This document shows, in pieces, positions 38,813-50,540 of a stretch of 64,000 bases of DNA. Each line of letters starts with the position of its first letter. The first letter of the stretch is position 1. Below the pieces are notes generated by a model, which worked only from the letters and a program-made list of their open reading frames with translations, made no database searches and was not told the DNA's origin. Source of the stretch: Felis catus (Eukaryota); assembly GCF_018350175.1 (NCBI RefSeq), contig NC_058373.1, positions 114,764,001-114,828,000 of the forward strand. The letters are read 5' to 3'. The translations under genes were made by a program, and so were the position numbers.

Positions 38813-38919
38813 AAAATCACCCCTCTATGATAACTGCTTCCTGCATGCTCCTGATGGACAGCCCCTCTGCACTTGTGACCGAAGGAAAGCTCAGTGGTAC
38901 CTGGACAAAGGCATTGGAG
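38813..38919 (+). CDS. EXD2: EXD2 coding exon 5
   Basis: ccctgcAG|A; KSPLYDNCFLHAPDGQPLCTCDRRKAQWYLDKGIG; donor G|GTTTGA; 107 nt. Confidence 0.95.
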
Positions 38920-39066
38920 GTTTGAGACTCACCTGTCCTATTTCATCTACATTTAGGTGCATGTGTGGTCCAGCAGGAGTGGGGAAGAGGGACACGGGGC
39001 AGGGAGGGATAGAAGAAGGCAGAAAGAACTTGAGACAAGTGAGACGTGGCTGTTCAGTTGTGATTT

Positions 39067-39360
39067 CTGTCTGCTTAGAGACTCAGGCCCAGCCTCCAGC
39101 AAAAGGCATGAGGTCTCATCTTGGGTCTGGAGAGAAGGTTGTATGGTAGGAAAGTAGAGGTGCTCCAGGGGTATTTTATTTTTCCTTTCCTTCAAGGACG
39201 TTCGGAGCTATCTTTTTATCTATTTGTGTGTCTCTTTCTCCTGTCTCCCTTCTTTCACTTTATAATTTTTAGACAGTTGAAGAACTAACATAAGGAGAAG
39301 TTAATCTAGCTTTGTCACTGATCCTAATATGACCTTAGACCTATACGTCTTCAGTTATAA
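39067..39360 (+). repeat. Intronic direct duplication, copy 2
   Basis: Colinear with 37797-38089. Confidence 0.9.
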
Positions 39361-39457
39361 TCGTGATCTCTGGTGGATACAGCAGAGAACAGTTCAGGTG
39401 GGGCTTCCTTCCTGAGGGAGAGGTAGGCAAACACTCACCCTTTTTCTTTTTCTTAAG

Positions 39458-39593
39458 AGCTGGTGAGCGAAGAGCCTTTTGTGGTCAAGCTACAGTTTGA
39501 ACCTGCGGGAAGACCCGAATCTCCAGGAGACTATTACTTGATGGTTAAAGAGAACCTGTGTGTAGTATGTGGCAAGAAGGACTCATACATTCG
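39458..39593 (+). CDS. EXD2: EXD2 coding exon 6
   Basis: Pyrimidine tract then ttaAG|AG; ELVSEEPFVVKLQFEPAGRPESPGDYYLMVKENLCVVCGKKDSYIR; donor CG|GTGAGT; 136 nt. Confidence 0.95.
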
Positions 39594-39973
39594 GTGAGTG
39601 TGGGGTCTGGCCACCCAGATTCTCTGCCTCCGATGGAATTTGCCTTTGTAGCCACATATGGAACCCTTGGGGGCCTTGGTTGAATCTGTCCACTTTGGCT
39701 GAAAGACTTGTCCGTGGCGGTCATCCCAGTTTTCCTGAGAGCTTCAGAACTCTGTGTGGCCTTGCTATAGTGTCCCCCACCTATCCTGAGACCAGTTCTT
39801 GGTTTCCGGAACGTAACACTCTTTCTCAGTGACAGTTGGCCATGAAGAGAGTGATTCCCTTTTGCTTATAGAAAGATCAGAGACCATTTCCTTCTGAAGC
39901 TGCCTTTCTGTGTGTTCTTATAATCCTTCCTTGAGTGGCTCACGAGCTGCACCTTGGTACTATTCGTGGAATA

Positions 39974-40636
39974 CAGGCATACCTCAGATATATTGCAACT
40001 CTGGCTCCAGACCATCATAATAAAGCGAACACCACAATAAAGTGAGGCAGGAGCGCCTGGCTGTCTCAGTCAGTGGAGTATGCCACTCTTGATCTCGGGG
40101 TTGTGAGCTCAAGCCCCACGCTGGGTGTACAGATTACTTTAAAATAAAATCTTAGGGGTGCCTGAGTGGCTCAGTCAGTTAAGTGTCTGACTAGCTCAGG
40201 TCATGATCTCGCGGTCCATGAGTTTGAGCCCCACATTGAGCCTCAGTGCTGACATGACAGCTCAGAGCCTGGAGCCTGCTTCGGATTCTATGTCTCCCTC
40301 TCTCTCTGCCTCTCCCCCACTCACGCTCTGTCTCTCTGTCTCTCTCTAAAAAAATAAACATTAAAAAAATTTTTTTAAAATCTTAAAGTGAATGAGTCAA
40401 ATGAATTTTTGATTTCCAGTGTATGTAAAAATTACATTTACACTGCACTATAGTGCAGTAACATTATGTCTAAAACAACAGTGTATATATTTTAATTTAA
40501 AAATACTTCACAGGCACTTGGGGGGCTCAGTCGGTTAAGTATCTGACTCTTGATTTCAGCTCAGGCCATGATCTCACGGTTTGTGAGTTTGAGCCCCACG
40601 TTGGGCTCTGCACTGACAGTATGGAGCCTGCTTGGG

Positions 40637-40688
<52 letters not shown>

Positions 40689-41080
40689 CCTCCTCCACTT
40701 GCATGCTTTCTCTCTCTGTCTCTGTCTCTCTCTCTCAAAATAAAGAAATAAACATTAAAAAATATGTTAAAAAAATACTTTATTGCTGGGGTGCCTTACT
40801 GGCTCAGTAAGTAGAGCATGTGACTCTTGATCTTGGAGTCATGAGTTCGAGCCCCACATTGGGTATAGAGGTTATATACATACATACATAGAATACTTTA
40901 TTGCTAAAAAATGCTAACCATCTTCTGAGCTCTCAGTGAGTTGTAATTCTTTGCTGGAGGAGGGTCTTGCCTCGATGTTGATGGCTGCTGACTAATCAGG
41001 GTGGTGGCTGCTGAAGGTTAGGGTGGCTGTGGCAATTTCTTTTTTTTTGTTAAATTTAAAAATTTTTTAATGTTTATTAT

Positions 41081-41124
<44 letters not shown>

Positions 41125-43332
41125 GGAGCTTGAGTGGTGGGGGGAGGGGGCAGAGAGAGAGAGGAGACACAGAATCCGAAGTAGGCTCCAGGCTCTGAGC
41201 AGTTAGCAAGAGCCCGACACGGGGCTCAAACCCATGGACCACAAGATCATGACCTGAGCTGAAGTTGGTTGCTTAACTGACTGAGCCACCCAGGCGCCCT
41301 GACAGTTTCTTAAAATAAAATGACAAGGAAGTTTGCTGCACTGATGGGTTCTTCTTTCACAAACATTTTCTCTGTAGCATGTGATGGTGTTTGATAGCAT
41401 TTTACTCACAGTAGAACTTCTTTCCAAATTGGAGTCAGTCCTTTCAAATCCTGCACTGTTTCATCAACTAAGTTGACATAATATTCTAAATCCTTTGCTG
41501 TCATTTCAACAATCTTCACAGCATCCTCACCAGGAATAGATTCCATCTCAAGAAACCACTTTCCTTGCTCATCGATAAGAAGCAACTCATCAGTTAAAGT
41601 TTTATCCTGAGATCACAGCAATTCAGTCCCATCTTCAGGCTCCACTTCTGATTCTAGTTCTGTTGCTATTTCTACCACATCTGCAGTGACTTCTTTTGCC
41701 CAGGGGCTGCAGAATAGATGTGCTAGCAGACATGAAAACAATATTAATCTTGTGTATCTCCATCAGAGTTCTTGGGTGGCCAGATATACTGTCAATGAAC
41801 AGTAAAATGTTGAAAGGAAATTTTTTTTTCTGAGCAGTAGTCTCAACAGTGGGCTTAAAATAGTCAGTAAACCATGTTGTAAACAGATAGGCTGTCATCC
41901 ACACTTTGTTTTTCCATTTAGAGAGCACAGGCAGAGTAGATTTAGCATCATTCTGAAGTGCCCTAGGGTTTTTAGAATGGTCCATGAGCATTGGCTTCGA
42001 CTGAAAGTCACCAGCTGCATTAGCCCTTAACAAGAGAGTCAGCCTGTCTTTTGAAGCTTTAAAAAAAAATTTTTTTTAACGTTGTTTATTTATTTTTGAG
42101 AGAGAGAGAGAAAGCACGGGAGGGACAGAGAGAGAGAAGGAGACAGAATCCAAAGACAGGCTCTAGGCTCTGACCTAGCGGTCAGCACAGAGCCCGACAC
42201 GGGGCTCGAACCCACGAACTGTGAGATCATGACCCGATCCGAAGTTGGATGCTTGACTGACTGAGCCACGCAGGCACCCCTCTTTTGAGGCTTTGTAACC
42301 AGGCGCTGACTTCTCTCTAGCTATGAAAGCCCTGGATGGCATCTTCTTCCAATAAAAGGCTATTTCATCCACACTGAAAATCTGTTGGTTACTGGAGCCA
42401 CCTTCATGAATTATCTTAGCTGGATCTTCTGGAGAACTTGCTGCAGCTTCTACATATGCACTTGCTGTCTCACCTTGTACTTTTATGTTGTGGAGATGGC
42501 TTCTTTCCTTAAACTTCCTGAACCGACCTCTGCTGGCTTCAGACTTTTCTTCTGCAGCTTCCTCACCTCTCAGCCTTCACAGAATTGGAGAGGATTAGGA
42601 CCTTGCTCTGGATTAGGCTTTGGTTTAAGATAACATTGAGGTTAGTTTGATCTTCTGTCCAGACCACTAACCTCTCTCTATGTCAGCAGTAAGGCTGTTT
42701 CATTTGCATCGCATTTATGTGTTCACTGGAGCAGCACTTTTAATTTCCTTCGAGAACTTTTCCTAGGCATTCACAAGTCGGTTAACTGGTTCCAGAGGCA
42801 TAGCTTTTGGCCTGTGTCGGCTTTCCACATGCCTTCCTCACTCAATGTAATCACTTCTAGCTTTTGATTTAAAGTGGGAGACGTGCAACTCTTTCTTTCA
42901 CTTGAACACTAATAGACCATTGTAGGGTTATTAACTGGCCTGATATCAATATCATTGCATCCCAAGAAATAGGGAGGCCCCAGGAAAGGGAGAGAGAGAC
43001 AGTGCAATGGCCAGCTGGTGGAGCAGTCAGAACACACATAACATTTATTTATTGTTTTCACGGTCTTATATGGGCATGGTTCATGGTGTCCCCAAAACAA
43101 TTACTGTAGTGACACCTGTGCTCACTTATCACAGATTAGCATAACGAATATAATAATAATGAAACAGTTCGAAATGTTGCAAGAATTACCAAAATATGAC
43201 ACAGAGACAGGAAGTGAAAAAATGCTGTTGGAAAAATGGGGCCAGTAGACTTGCTTGACACAGGGTTGCCACAAACTTTCAATGTGCAAAAAATATAAAA
43301 TCTGCAGGACACAATGATATGAGGTGTGCCTG
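39974..43332 (-). mobile_element. Tigger1 (Tc1/mariner-pogo) DNA transposon, near full length, with six SINE insertions
   Basis: TA|CAGGCATACCTC ... GAGGTGTGCCTG|TA (TIRs plus TA TSD); transposase remnants [13 protein letters not shown] and [13 protein letters not shown]...[12 protein letters not shown]...LLFIDS..GHP; SINEs at 40048, 40155, 40511, 40787, 41040, 42069. Confidence 0.93.
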
Positions 43333-43975
43333 TATTTGGATGACCTGAAGGCACACTTTGGGTTTTCTCCCTCCTTCTGTGGAATAATTCACTTTCCTAC
43401 GTTCTCTTCTTACAAAGTGAGACAAATAATTGTTGCTCTTAAGAGTTTTTCCTGAGAGCTTAGTTCTCCTTAGAAAACACTGCTGGGCCTTGATGAACCA
43501 TGGAAATAGTCTGAGTGAGGGATTTCTCAGATAGAGGAAATTGGTTTTTATAGGTCACCAGGCTTCCAGAATTTCAGAAGTAGAGGTTGCCTGCTACATG
43601 CTTTGAGAGTTATTTTCTAGATATTAAAGGCCATTAGTAATTTTTTTTTTCCCATTTCTCTGATACTCTTCCTTCTGGGAATACAATCTTGACAAAGGTG
43701 GTTATTAGCCTCCCTCTGCCATTGGCCCTCCGCTGGCTCTTGAGGGCAGGTGGTATGAACCTACTTCTAGGAGAGAGGAAACTAGGCACGGGTAGCTAGG
43801 CAGGCCGAGAGTGGAATAGGTTGTACTGCCTGTATGTAATCTCTGTTGGATTGTGATGCCCAAGGCTTCTCAGTCATGTTTAGGCCCAGATGAGACTCCA
43901 GTAGCCCGCCTGCTAGCTCTACATGTGTTCCGTGTCATCTGCTAATGAGCGCTGCCTTCTGGGTGGGCTTGGCAG

Positions 43976-44332
43976 GAAGAACGTGATTCCACACGAGTAC
44001 CGGAAGCACTTCCCCATTGAGATGAAAGACCACAACTCCCACGATGTGCTGCTGCTCTGTACCTCCTGCCACGCTGTCTCTAACTACTACGACAACCACC
44101 TGAAGCAGCAGCTGGCCAGGGAGTTCCAGGCCCCCATTGGCTCTGAGGAGGGTCTGCGGCTGCTAGAAGACCCTGAGCGCCGGCAGGTACGTTCTGGGGC
44201 CAGGGCCCTGCTCAACGCGGAGAGCCTGCCTGCTCGTCGGAAGGAGGAGCTGCTGCGAGCCCTCAGAGAGTTTTACGACACAGACACAATCACGGATGAG
44301 ATGCTTCAAGAGGCTGCCAGCCTGGAGACCAG
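43976..44332 (+). CDS. EXD2: EXD2 coding exon 7, HNH-like C-terminal region
   Basis: ggcAG|G; KNVIPHEYRKHFPIEMKDHNSHDVLLLCTSCH...QEAASLETR; donor AG|GTACAG; 357 nt. Confidence 0.96.
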
Positions 44333-45901
44333 GTACAGAAAGGGTGGAGGAGTGACCCAGAGCACTGACCCTGACCACTCGGTGAGGTTGCTTGCCAGGT
44401 GGGGGGCGAGCATAGCCTGTGTCATCCCGTTACGTGTGTAATGGCTTAAAATACCACGGGACTGGGATAGTACAATCTGTTTGAGAATTTCCTTTCCATA
44501 GGAGACTTGTCTTCTGTCATTAACCCTTTTAAGGTCATATATGTCCAGTCATTTTCATGATTAGCAGGTGAGTTCAAGTGCGGTAGAGTTGTGCCTTAGA
44601 GATTCTATGCAGAAGGAAATCCTAAAGTCAGCACAGAAGATGAAAATCATACTCAAAAAATATCCTCAAGTCTCTGAAGTTGCCCACGAGTACGGTGTAT
44701 GTGGGGTTTCTTTTGTCTCCAGATCGGTGGGAACTGAGACCAGGGGATTCATGTTTGCTGTCTCACCTGGACTCAGGGTACTGGCCCATTGAATGGAATA
44801 TTGGCTCTAACCATTTAAGTTACTCTTCTCCTTTTCCCTTCCTTCTTTGCTCCCTCCTTCCCCACGAGTACGTGGTTGAACTTACAGGACTTAACTCGGT
44901 GTTCCCAAATGAGAAGCTTATGGTCCTAAGAAATGAATGGGTGCATGGCTGCGGTGAAAAAAATTCTGCATCACCTGCTGTAGTTTTGCTTACCAACTGT
45001 CTCTTTTCCAGTCGTACTAGGGATTGAAATAATCGAGCTGATACGTTCACCAAACAGAATGCGATGCTGTTTGCCTATAGAGTTTTGTTACCAAAAAATC
45101 TTAAATATAGCAGCAATTATCAAACAAATATTTCTAGATATCTTAATCTATTTAACCCAGCTAATAAACTTTCTATAAATTGCCTTAATTAGTTCTTATA
45201 ACAAACCTATGAAATAGGATTTAGATTTCTTACTGGTAACTGCTCACATTGTATCTTGCATTTTTTAAATCTTTCAAAGTTAATAAAACATTACTGAGTT
45301 TTATTCCTATAGCTACCTTGTGAGTCTGTAAAGTAGATGTTATTTTCCAAGCTTTATGTTAGCTACCCTGAGGTAAAGTCAAATAACTTGCCAGGGTCCT
45401 ATGAGAAATTAAGGGGACGGGTTCCTTTAACCGGTTCCCAGATGTATTTGCTAAAACAGGCAAACTTCCCCTTTCACCACAGACCTTTCTAACAAATCAC
45501 CTGCTGACTTGGATAGAAGGATGCTGGACTTGGATGTCTGGGACTGGAAAGAAGAGCTGTTTGGGGAAAGATAGGCTAGTTAGTGGCACTCTGGTGAGCT
45601 AAGCAATAGTGTCTGCAGACCCCCGGAGGGCACCAGCACTGCCAGGATGGGGAGGGGGTCTTGAGAGTGGGGCGTGGATGCGTGGAGGGGAACTGAGTCC
45701 GTGGGGTACCAGCTTCCTTGAGAAAATTAGCCTTTCCTCACAGGAGGTGAACACACTGTTCGCATGGCAACAGAACAGTTTTTAAGGCCTCCGTGCTTAG
45801 GAAGGAGGCAGGGATTCATTTTCCCATTAAACAGCACCAGCTGCACAACTGAATATTTCATGGGACTGAAACAGGTCTCTCATGGATGTGGTTTGGCATA
45901 C

Positions 45902-46144
45902 TTTTTTTTTTTTTTTAAGATTCTATTTTATTTTTTTTAAATTTGTTTATTTATTCTGAGAGAGAAAACAGCATGAGCCAGGGAGAGGGAGAAGGAATCC
46001 CAGGCAGGCTCGCTCCATGCTATTCGCACACAGAGCCCGGTGTGGGGCTCAGTCCCATAAACTGTGAGATCATGATTTGAGCCGAAATCAAGAGTAAAAT
46101 GTTTAACCAACTGAGCCACCCAGATGCCCCTAAGATTTTTATTT

Positions 46145-46191
<47 letters not shown>

Positions 46192-46675
46192 TGCATGAAT
46201 GCATGCTTATTTATTTTTGAGAGAGAGCGTGAATGGGGAGGTGTGGAGAGAGGGGGACAGAGGATCCGAATCAGGCCCTGCACTGAAACCAGAAAGCCTG
46301 ACGCGGGGCTCGAACTCACAAACCGTGAGATCACGACCTGAGCCGAAGTTGGATACTCAACCGACTAAGCCAGCCAGGTGCCCCAGGATTTGATTTTGAA
46401 GCAATCTGTACACCCAACGTGGGGCTCAAACTTATAACTCCCAGATGAAGGGCTGCATGTTCCACCCACTCAGCCAGCCAAACACCTCCATCTTTTTTTT
46501 TTTTTTTTAATTGAAGTGTAGTTGACACAGGGCCACACAACATTACATTCGTTTCAGGTATATGACAGTGATTCAACAAGTTTATATGTTATGCTGTTCT
46601 CATCACAAGGGTAGCTACCATCTGTGACCATAGAACGCTATCACAACACCAGTGACTGTATTGCCTATGCCGTAT
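45902..46675 (-). mobile_element. Stack of antisense SINEs (45902-46130, 46131-46385, short 46386-46488) plus an L1 3' tip (~46495-46675)
   Basis: SINE bodies; (TTTA)n tail; ttgaagtgtagttgacaca..acattacatt.gtttcaggt is an L1 terminus. Confidence 0.87.
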
Positions 46676-46808
46676 GGTTTGGCATTCTTTCCATGAGAAA
46701 GAAGACACTAGAGAAATGTTCCACCTTGCATTTTACATTCAGGTATTACAGTGTTATGAAAAATTGGAACATGTGGGGTGATGTATGGTTCAGAATGAAT
46801 AATTAAGA

Positions 46809-47028
46809 TTTTTTTTTTGATGTTTATTTTTTGAGAGAGAGAGAGAGAAAAAGACAGAGCACGAGCAGGGGAAGGGCAGAGAGAGAGGGAGACACAGAAT
46901 GTAAAGCAGGCTCCAGGCTCTGAGCTGTCAGCACAGGGCCCGACGCGGGGCTCCCAACTCACAGACCAAGAGTTCGTGACCTGAGCTGAAGTCGGACGCT
47001 TAACCGACTGAGCCACCCAGGCGCCCCC
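46809..47028 (-). mobile_element. CAN-SINE
   Basis: TSD AGAATGAAT(A/C)ATT. Confidence 0.92.
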
Positions 47029-47400
47029 AGAATGAATCATTTAAAAGAAAGGCGAGTAACCGTGGAGTCAATAAAAGACCAACATTCTTTACTCGTCAGT
47101 CAGACACTAGGGCCCTGTAGTGGGGGCTGAGCCTCGTGCAGGGAGGGGCCTCCCCACAAATGTAGCTCAGTATCCCAGATACCTTGTGTTGGATTGTGTG
47201 CAATATGTCCAAACCACTTCTTTAAAAAGGCAGGTATAGGGAAGATGTTTTTAAAAACATTAAAGTAACCAACCCTTTAGAAGTCCAGCAACCTCCTCAC
47301 ATGCCCTTGCTGAAGCCCCTTGGCCCGCAGCATTTGGAGCCGTCTGTGAGACCATCCTGTGCTTGTTTTCCTCAGACCCTTGTACTTTGTGTCTTGCCAG

Positions 47401-47617
47401 GATTTCCAATGAAAACTACATTCCTCACGGGCTGAAGGTGGTGCAGTGCCACAGCCAGGGCGGGCTGCGCTCCCTCATGCAGCTGGAGAGCCGCTGGCGT
47501 CAACATTTCCTGGACTCCATGCAGCCCAAGCACCTGCCCCAGCAGTGGTCAGTGGACCATAACCATCAGAAGCTGCTCCGGAAATATGGGGAAGACCTTC
47601 CCATCAAGCTGTCGTGA
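47401..47617 (+). CDS. EXD2: EXD2 terminal coding exon
   Basis: cttgccAG|G; ISNENYIPHGLKVVQCHSQGGLRSLMQLESRWRQHFLDSMQPKHLPQQWSVDHNHQKLLRKYGEDLPIKLS-TGA; total CDS 1866 nt = 621 aa. Confidence 0.97.
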
Positions 47618-48680
47618 TAGCCGCTTTCCTCCCAGGTTAGGACAGCTGGGAAGCTGAGCCAAGGTGGGAAAGTCACCTCTTCCCATGTCATTCATTGTCA
47701 GAGCCTAGTGTCGCAAGTCGGAATGCTAACCCACGCTGATCCCAGGATGCTTCTGGTGGAGCAAGGCTGTTGCTTCCAGGGGAGCTTACGGGTTTGAATT
47801 TTAGTCGGGCAGGGTGAGAATTCTTTTTCCCTCCCTCTTATTTTATTTTTGTGGACCAAAGGGCCTTGGCCTTTATTTTACTCTCTTTCTTTTGCTTTCC
47901 TTGTACGGACAGCAAATGAAGGATTCTTCCCTGAAGTGACTTGTCAAGTTGCTCAGGTTTTTAATACATCTCTTCCCTGTGCAGTATGTTGGTTTTTCTG
48001 AAACAGGGGCAGTCAAGGATTTTAATCTCATCGGGTTAGGAGGGGAGAAAACGTTCTTCCAGAGGTTGGAGGGTCAGATTTGTTTTTCCCAGTTCAAGCA
48101 CATCTTCGTGATAAATTCCTTGGCTTCATGCTCTCCCACGACTCACCTGGTTGAGATCCATCCCATCTAGGTCACTTTGGTTTATTTCCATACTTGAGAA
48201 TGCTCCCGTTTCCACGTCCAGGACCACAGCAGCGACTTCCTGCCATATGCTTCCACCCGAACACTGGAGGAAATCCTTTTCTGGAAGTAGGCCTTGAAGC
48301 TGGCTGGGGCAGAGAGAAGCATAAGCAACCACCTCTCAAGAGGACTTTGATACCTGCTCAGCTTTCCCTTTCATGCTGTTTGTTGTCTGTTTGTTGTAGT
48401 CCTCTTGTCCAGAAGTGCAAGGTTTTTAGCTTAATCCCTTTCTGAGAGGAAGATTATCTTCTGTCAGAATCAATGTCAGGCCCCTTCCGTGTTCTGTGTT
48501 CCATCAGATTTGTAACACTGACCTCTTTTAAGCACTTAATTCTCTCCTGGAGTCCTTTGGTCAGGTTGCCTTTTGAGGATTTGTCCACCTCCCCTCATGC
48601 CTGGGACTCAGTTAATACGTTCAGATGTTCAAAACGGTGGCGTTTCATCTTTTTATGTGAGGCCACCACTTTGAGCATGA

Positions 48681-48686
48681 AATAAA
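48681..48686 (+). terminator. Candidate proximal polyadenylation signal
   Basis: AATAAA followed by T-rich sequence; a second AATAAA at 48842. Confidence 0.45.
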
Positions 48687-50493
48687 GTTTTAGTAGTGAT
48701 TAGTATTTTTTCTAAAGTTTTAGGAAAACTTTTTTACCTTACAAGATCTTAGAAATTTGAAAAAGAATTTTATGGCCAGAATCCAACAGGAGCTGTTTTG
48801 AAATCGTGCCCGAGTTGGTGATGGTTGTTCTAACACTGATAAATAAAACTTCTTCTAAGCACAAAGCTCACTGATGGTAAATGTAAACCTTTTTTCTTCA
48901 CAGCTTTATAGAATTGGTAACTATTCTTGGGGGAGGGGATATTTGCCCTTCAGGTCCCTGCCGTGGCGGGGGTGGGGGGGGGGGCAGGGTGTGCCCAGTG
49001 TGTGCCCAGACGCACCACATACAGTGCGGCCGCAGCCCATCCCCGAACGGTCTGCAAACGAGTGAGCACATCTTGCGTTTTGCTCCTCTGCCCCTGCATT
49101 CCCCTTGTCCTCAGACAGGCATTTCTGGGATCTCAACTGGAAATCCTTGAAAATGAACAGTACCTTGGGGACGGGATTTTCGGTGCGGTTATGATGGGTT
49201 ATTATGGGGCATGCGTGGCAGTGGCTGCACCCCATGCTCGGGAGTCCCAGGGGGTGGAGAACCACAGAGACTGAGGGGTGGTCAGCAGAGCAGGCAGTCT
49301 TGCCACAAGGTGGCACTCATAGATTTTGTTTTATATTCATTCTTGAGAAATAGGGCTTTTATACACAGTTCCTGAACATAACTGATGACTTAGGTTTCCA
49401 AATTTGTGGTAGCTGATTTGGGGTCATTTTGATAAGTTTACCAGAAAAACTTCTTCTGAAACAGGGAGGAGGGCGCTTTCATTCTCTTTTCCTGGGATCC
49501 TCATGCCAAGAGGAGAGAAACACATACGAGGTCATTTAGGTGCAGCGGTTGCTGTGGGAAGAAGGAATCGATCCTGCCAGCAGACCTTCCTGTGTGGGCA
49601 GCCAGCCTAGAGGGAGCAGCTAGCCCGGCACACGGAATTTCTGCTCCTTCTCACAGGTTACAGTGTAGCTCTGACTCTTTGTTCTCTGAGTCAGCCTTGG
49701 ACTGCAGCAGACTTTGCCTAAGATGGTTGTGATCTCAAATGAGATATCTTATGGTAGACATATTATAGAACAAATATTTACTGGTTTTTGCTGATAGAAA
49801 AGTAGTGTATGTTTGTTAGAGCTGAGTCTAAAGAAGGAATAAAAATCACGCATCTTCCCTCCGTCTAGAATAGAGCTGACCTTTGCTGGTATGTCCGTGA
49901 CTTTCCTTTCACTAGTTAAAAATGCAAACGATAAAAGCAAAATTCAGAGTTATACGTATATACAGCTTGGCATCGTGTTTTTTCCCTCTCACTTAACATG
50001 GCATCACAAGAAATTAATTTCCTGTGAAAGATTCCTGGTGGCTCTACCTTACTTTAGTTGTCCATTCCCTCACTGTTGAAAATTATGGTTGTTTGAGATC
50101 CTTTGTTAATGGCAGAGATACTGGGATGAGCTGTCTTTTGGATAAACCTTTGACCATACCTTTGATACTTTCCTTAGGATAGAATCCTAGAAATTGGATG
50201 GGGAGGCAAGGGCTCACATGGCTGGAGTGAGGATCAATCGATACCACCTTTGAGGAGTATATATCAAGGGACTGCTACTCTCTGACCCTCTAGCTCGTGT
50301 CCCAGGGCACTTGCTGTGCTTCCATGAGAGCAGTAGTGAGAGGACAGGGTCATGGCAGGGGCCTCTGTGAGTGTGCCGTGATGGTTGTATTTCTAGGCTC
50401 AGAGTCTTTTCTCTGCTTCCCCTTTGTCTCCCGTCCTTTACTGACTCATTTCCCCTTACAGTCAATATTTTTTGGAAACGCTATTTATTTTAA

Positions 50494-50540
50494 AATAAAA
50501 AAGGTAAAATAAAAGTTACAGTTCTTTTTGTGTGTGTGTG
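50494..50540 (+). terminator. Candidate distal polyadenylation signal
   Basis: Two AATAAA (50494, 50508) followed by a GT/T-rich element gttctttttgtgtgtgtg. Confidence 0.5.

Noticed and set aside
41635..42372. TIGD1-like domesticated transposase gene
   Set aside because: Fragmented by SINEs, frameshifts and deletions, and enclosed in Tigger1 TIRs
4..47040. Many 60-110 aa ORFs with recurring peptides (MAQSVK.PTSAQVMIS..., RERETQNPKQAPGSELSAQS)
   Set aside because: They are translations of CAN-SINE copies, not a protein family
47615..47620. Stop-codon readthrough or selenocysteine at the EXD2 TGA
   Set aside because: TGA is followed at once by in-frame TAG, it lacks the TGA-CTAG context, and I saw no evident SECIS
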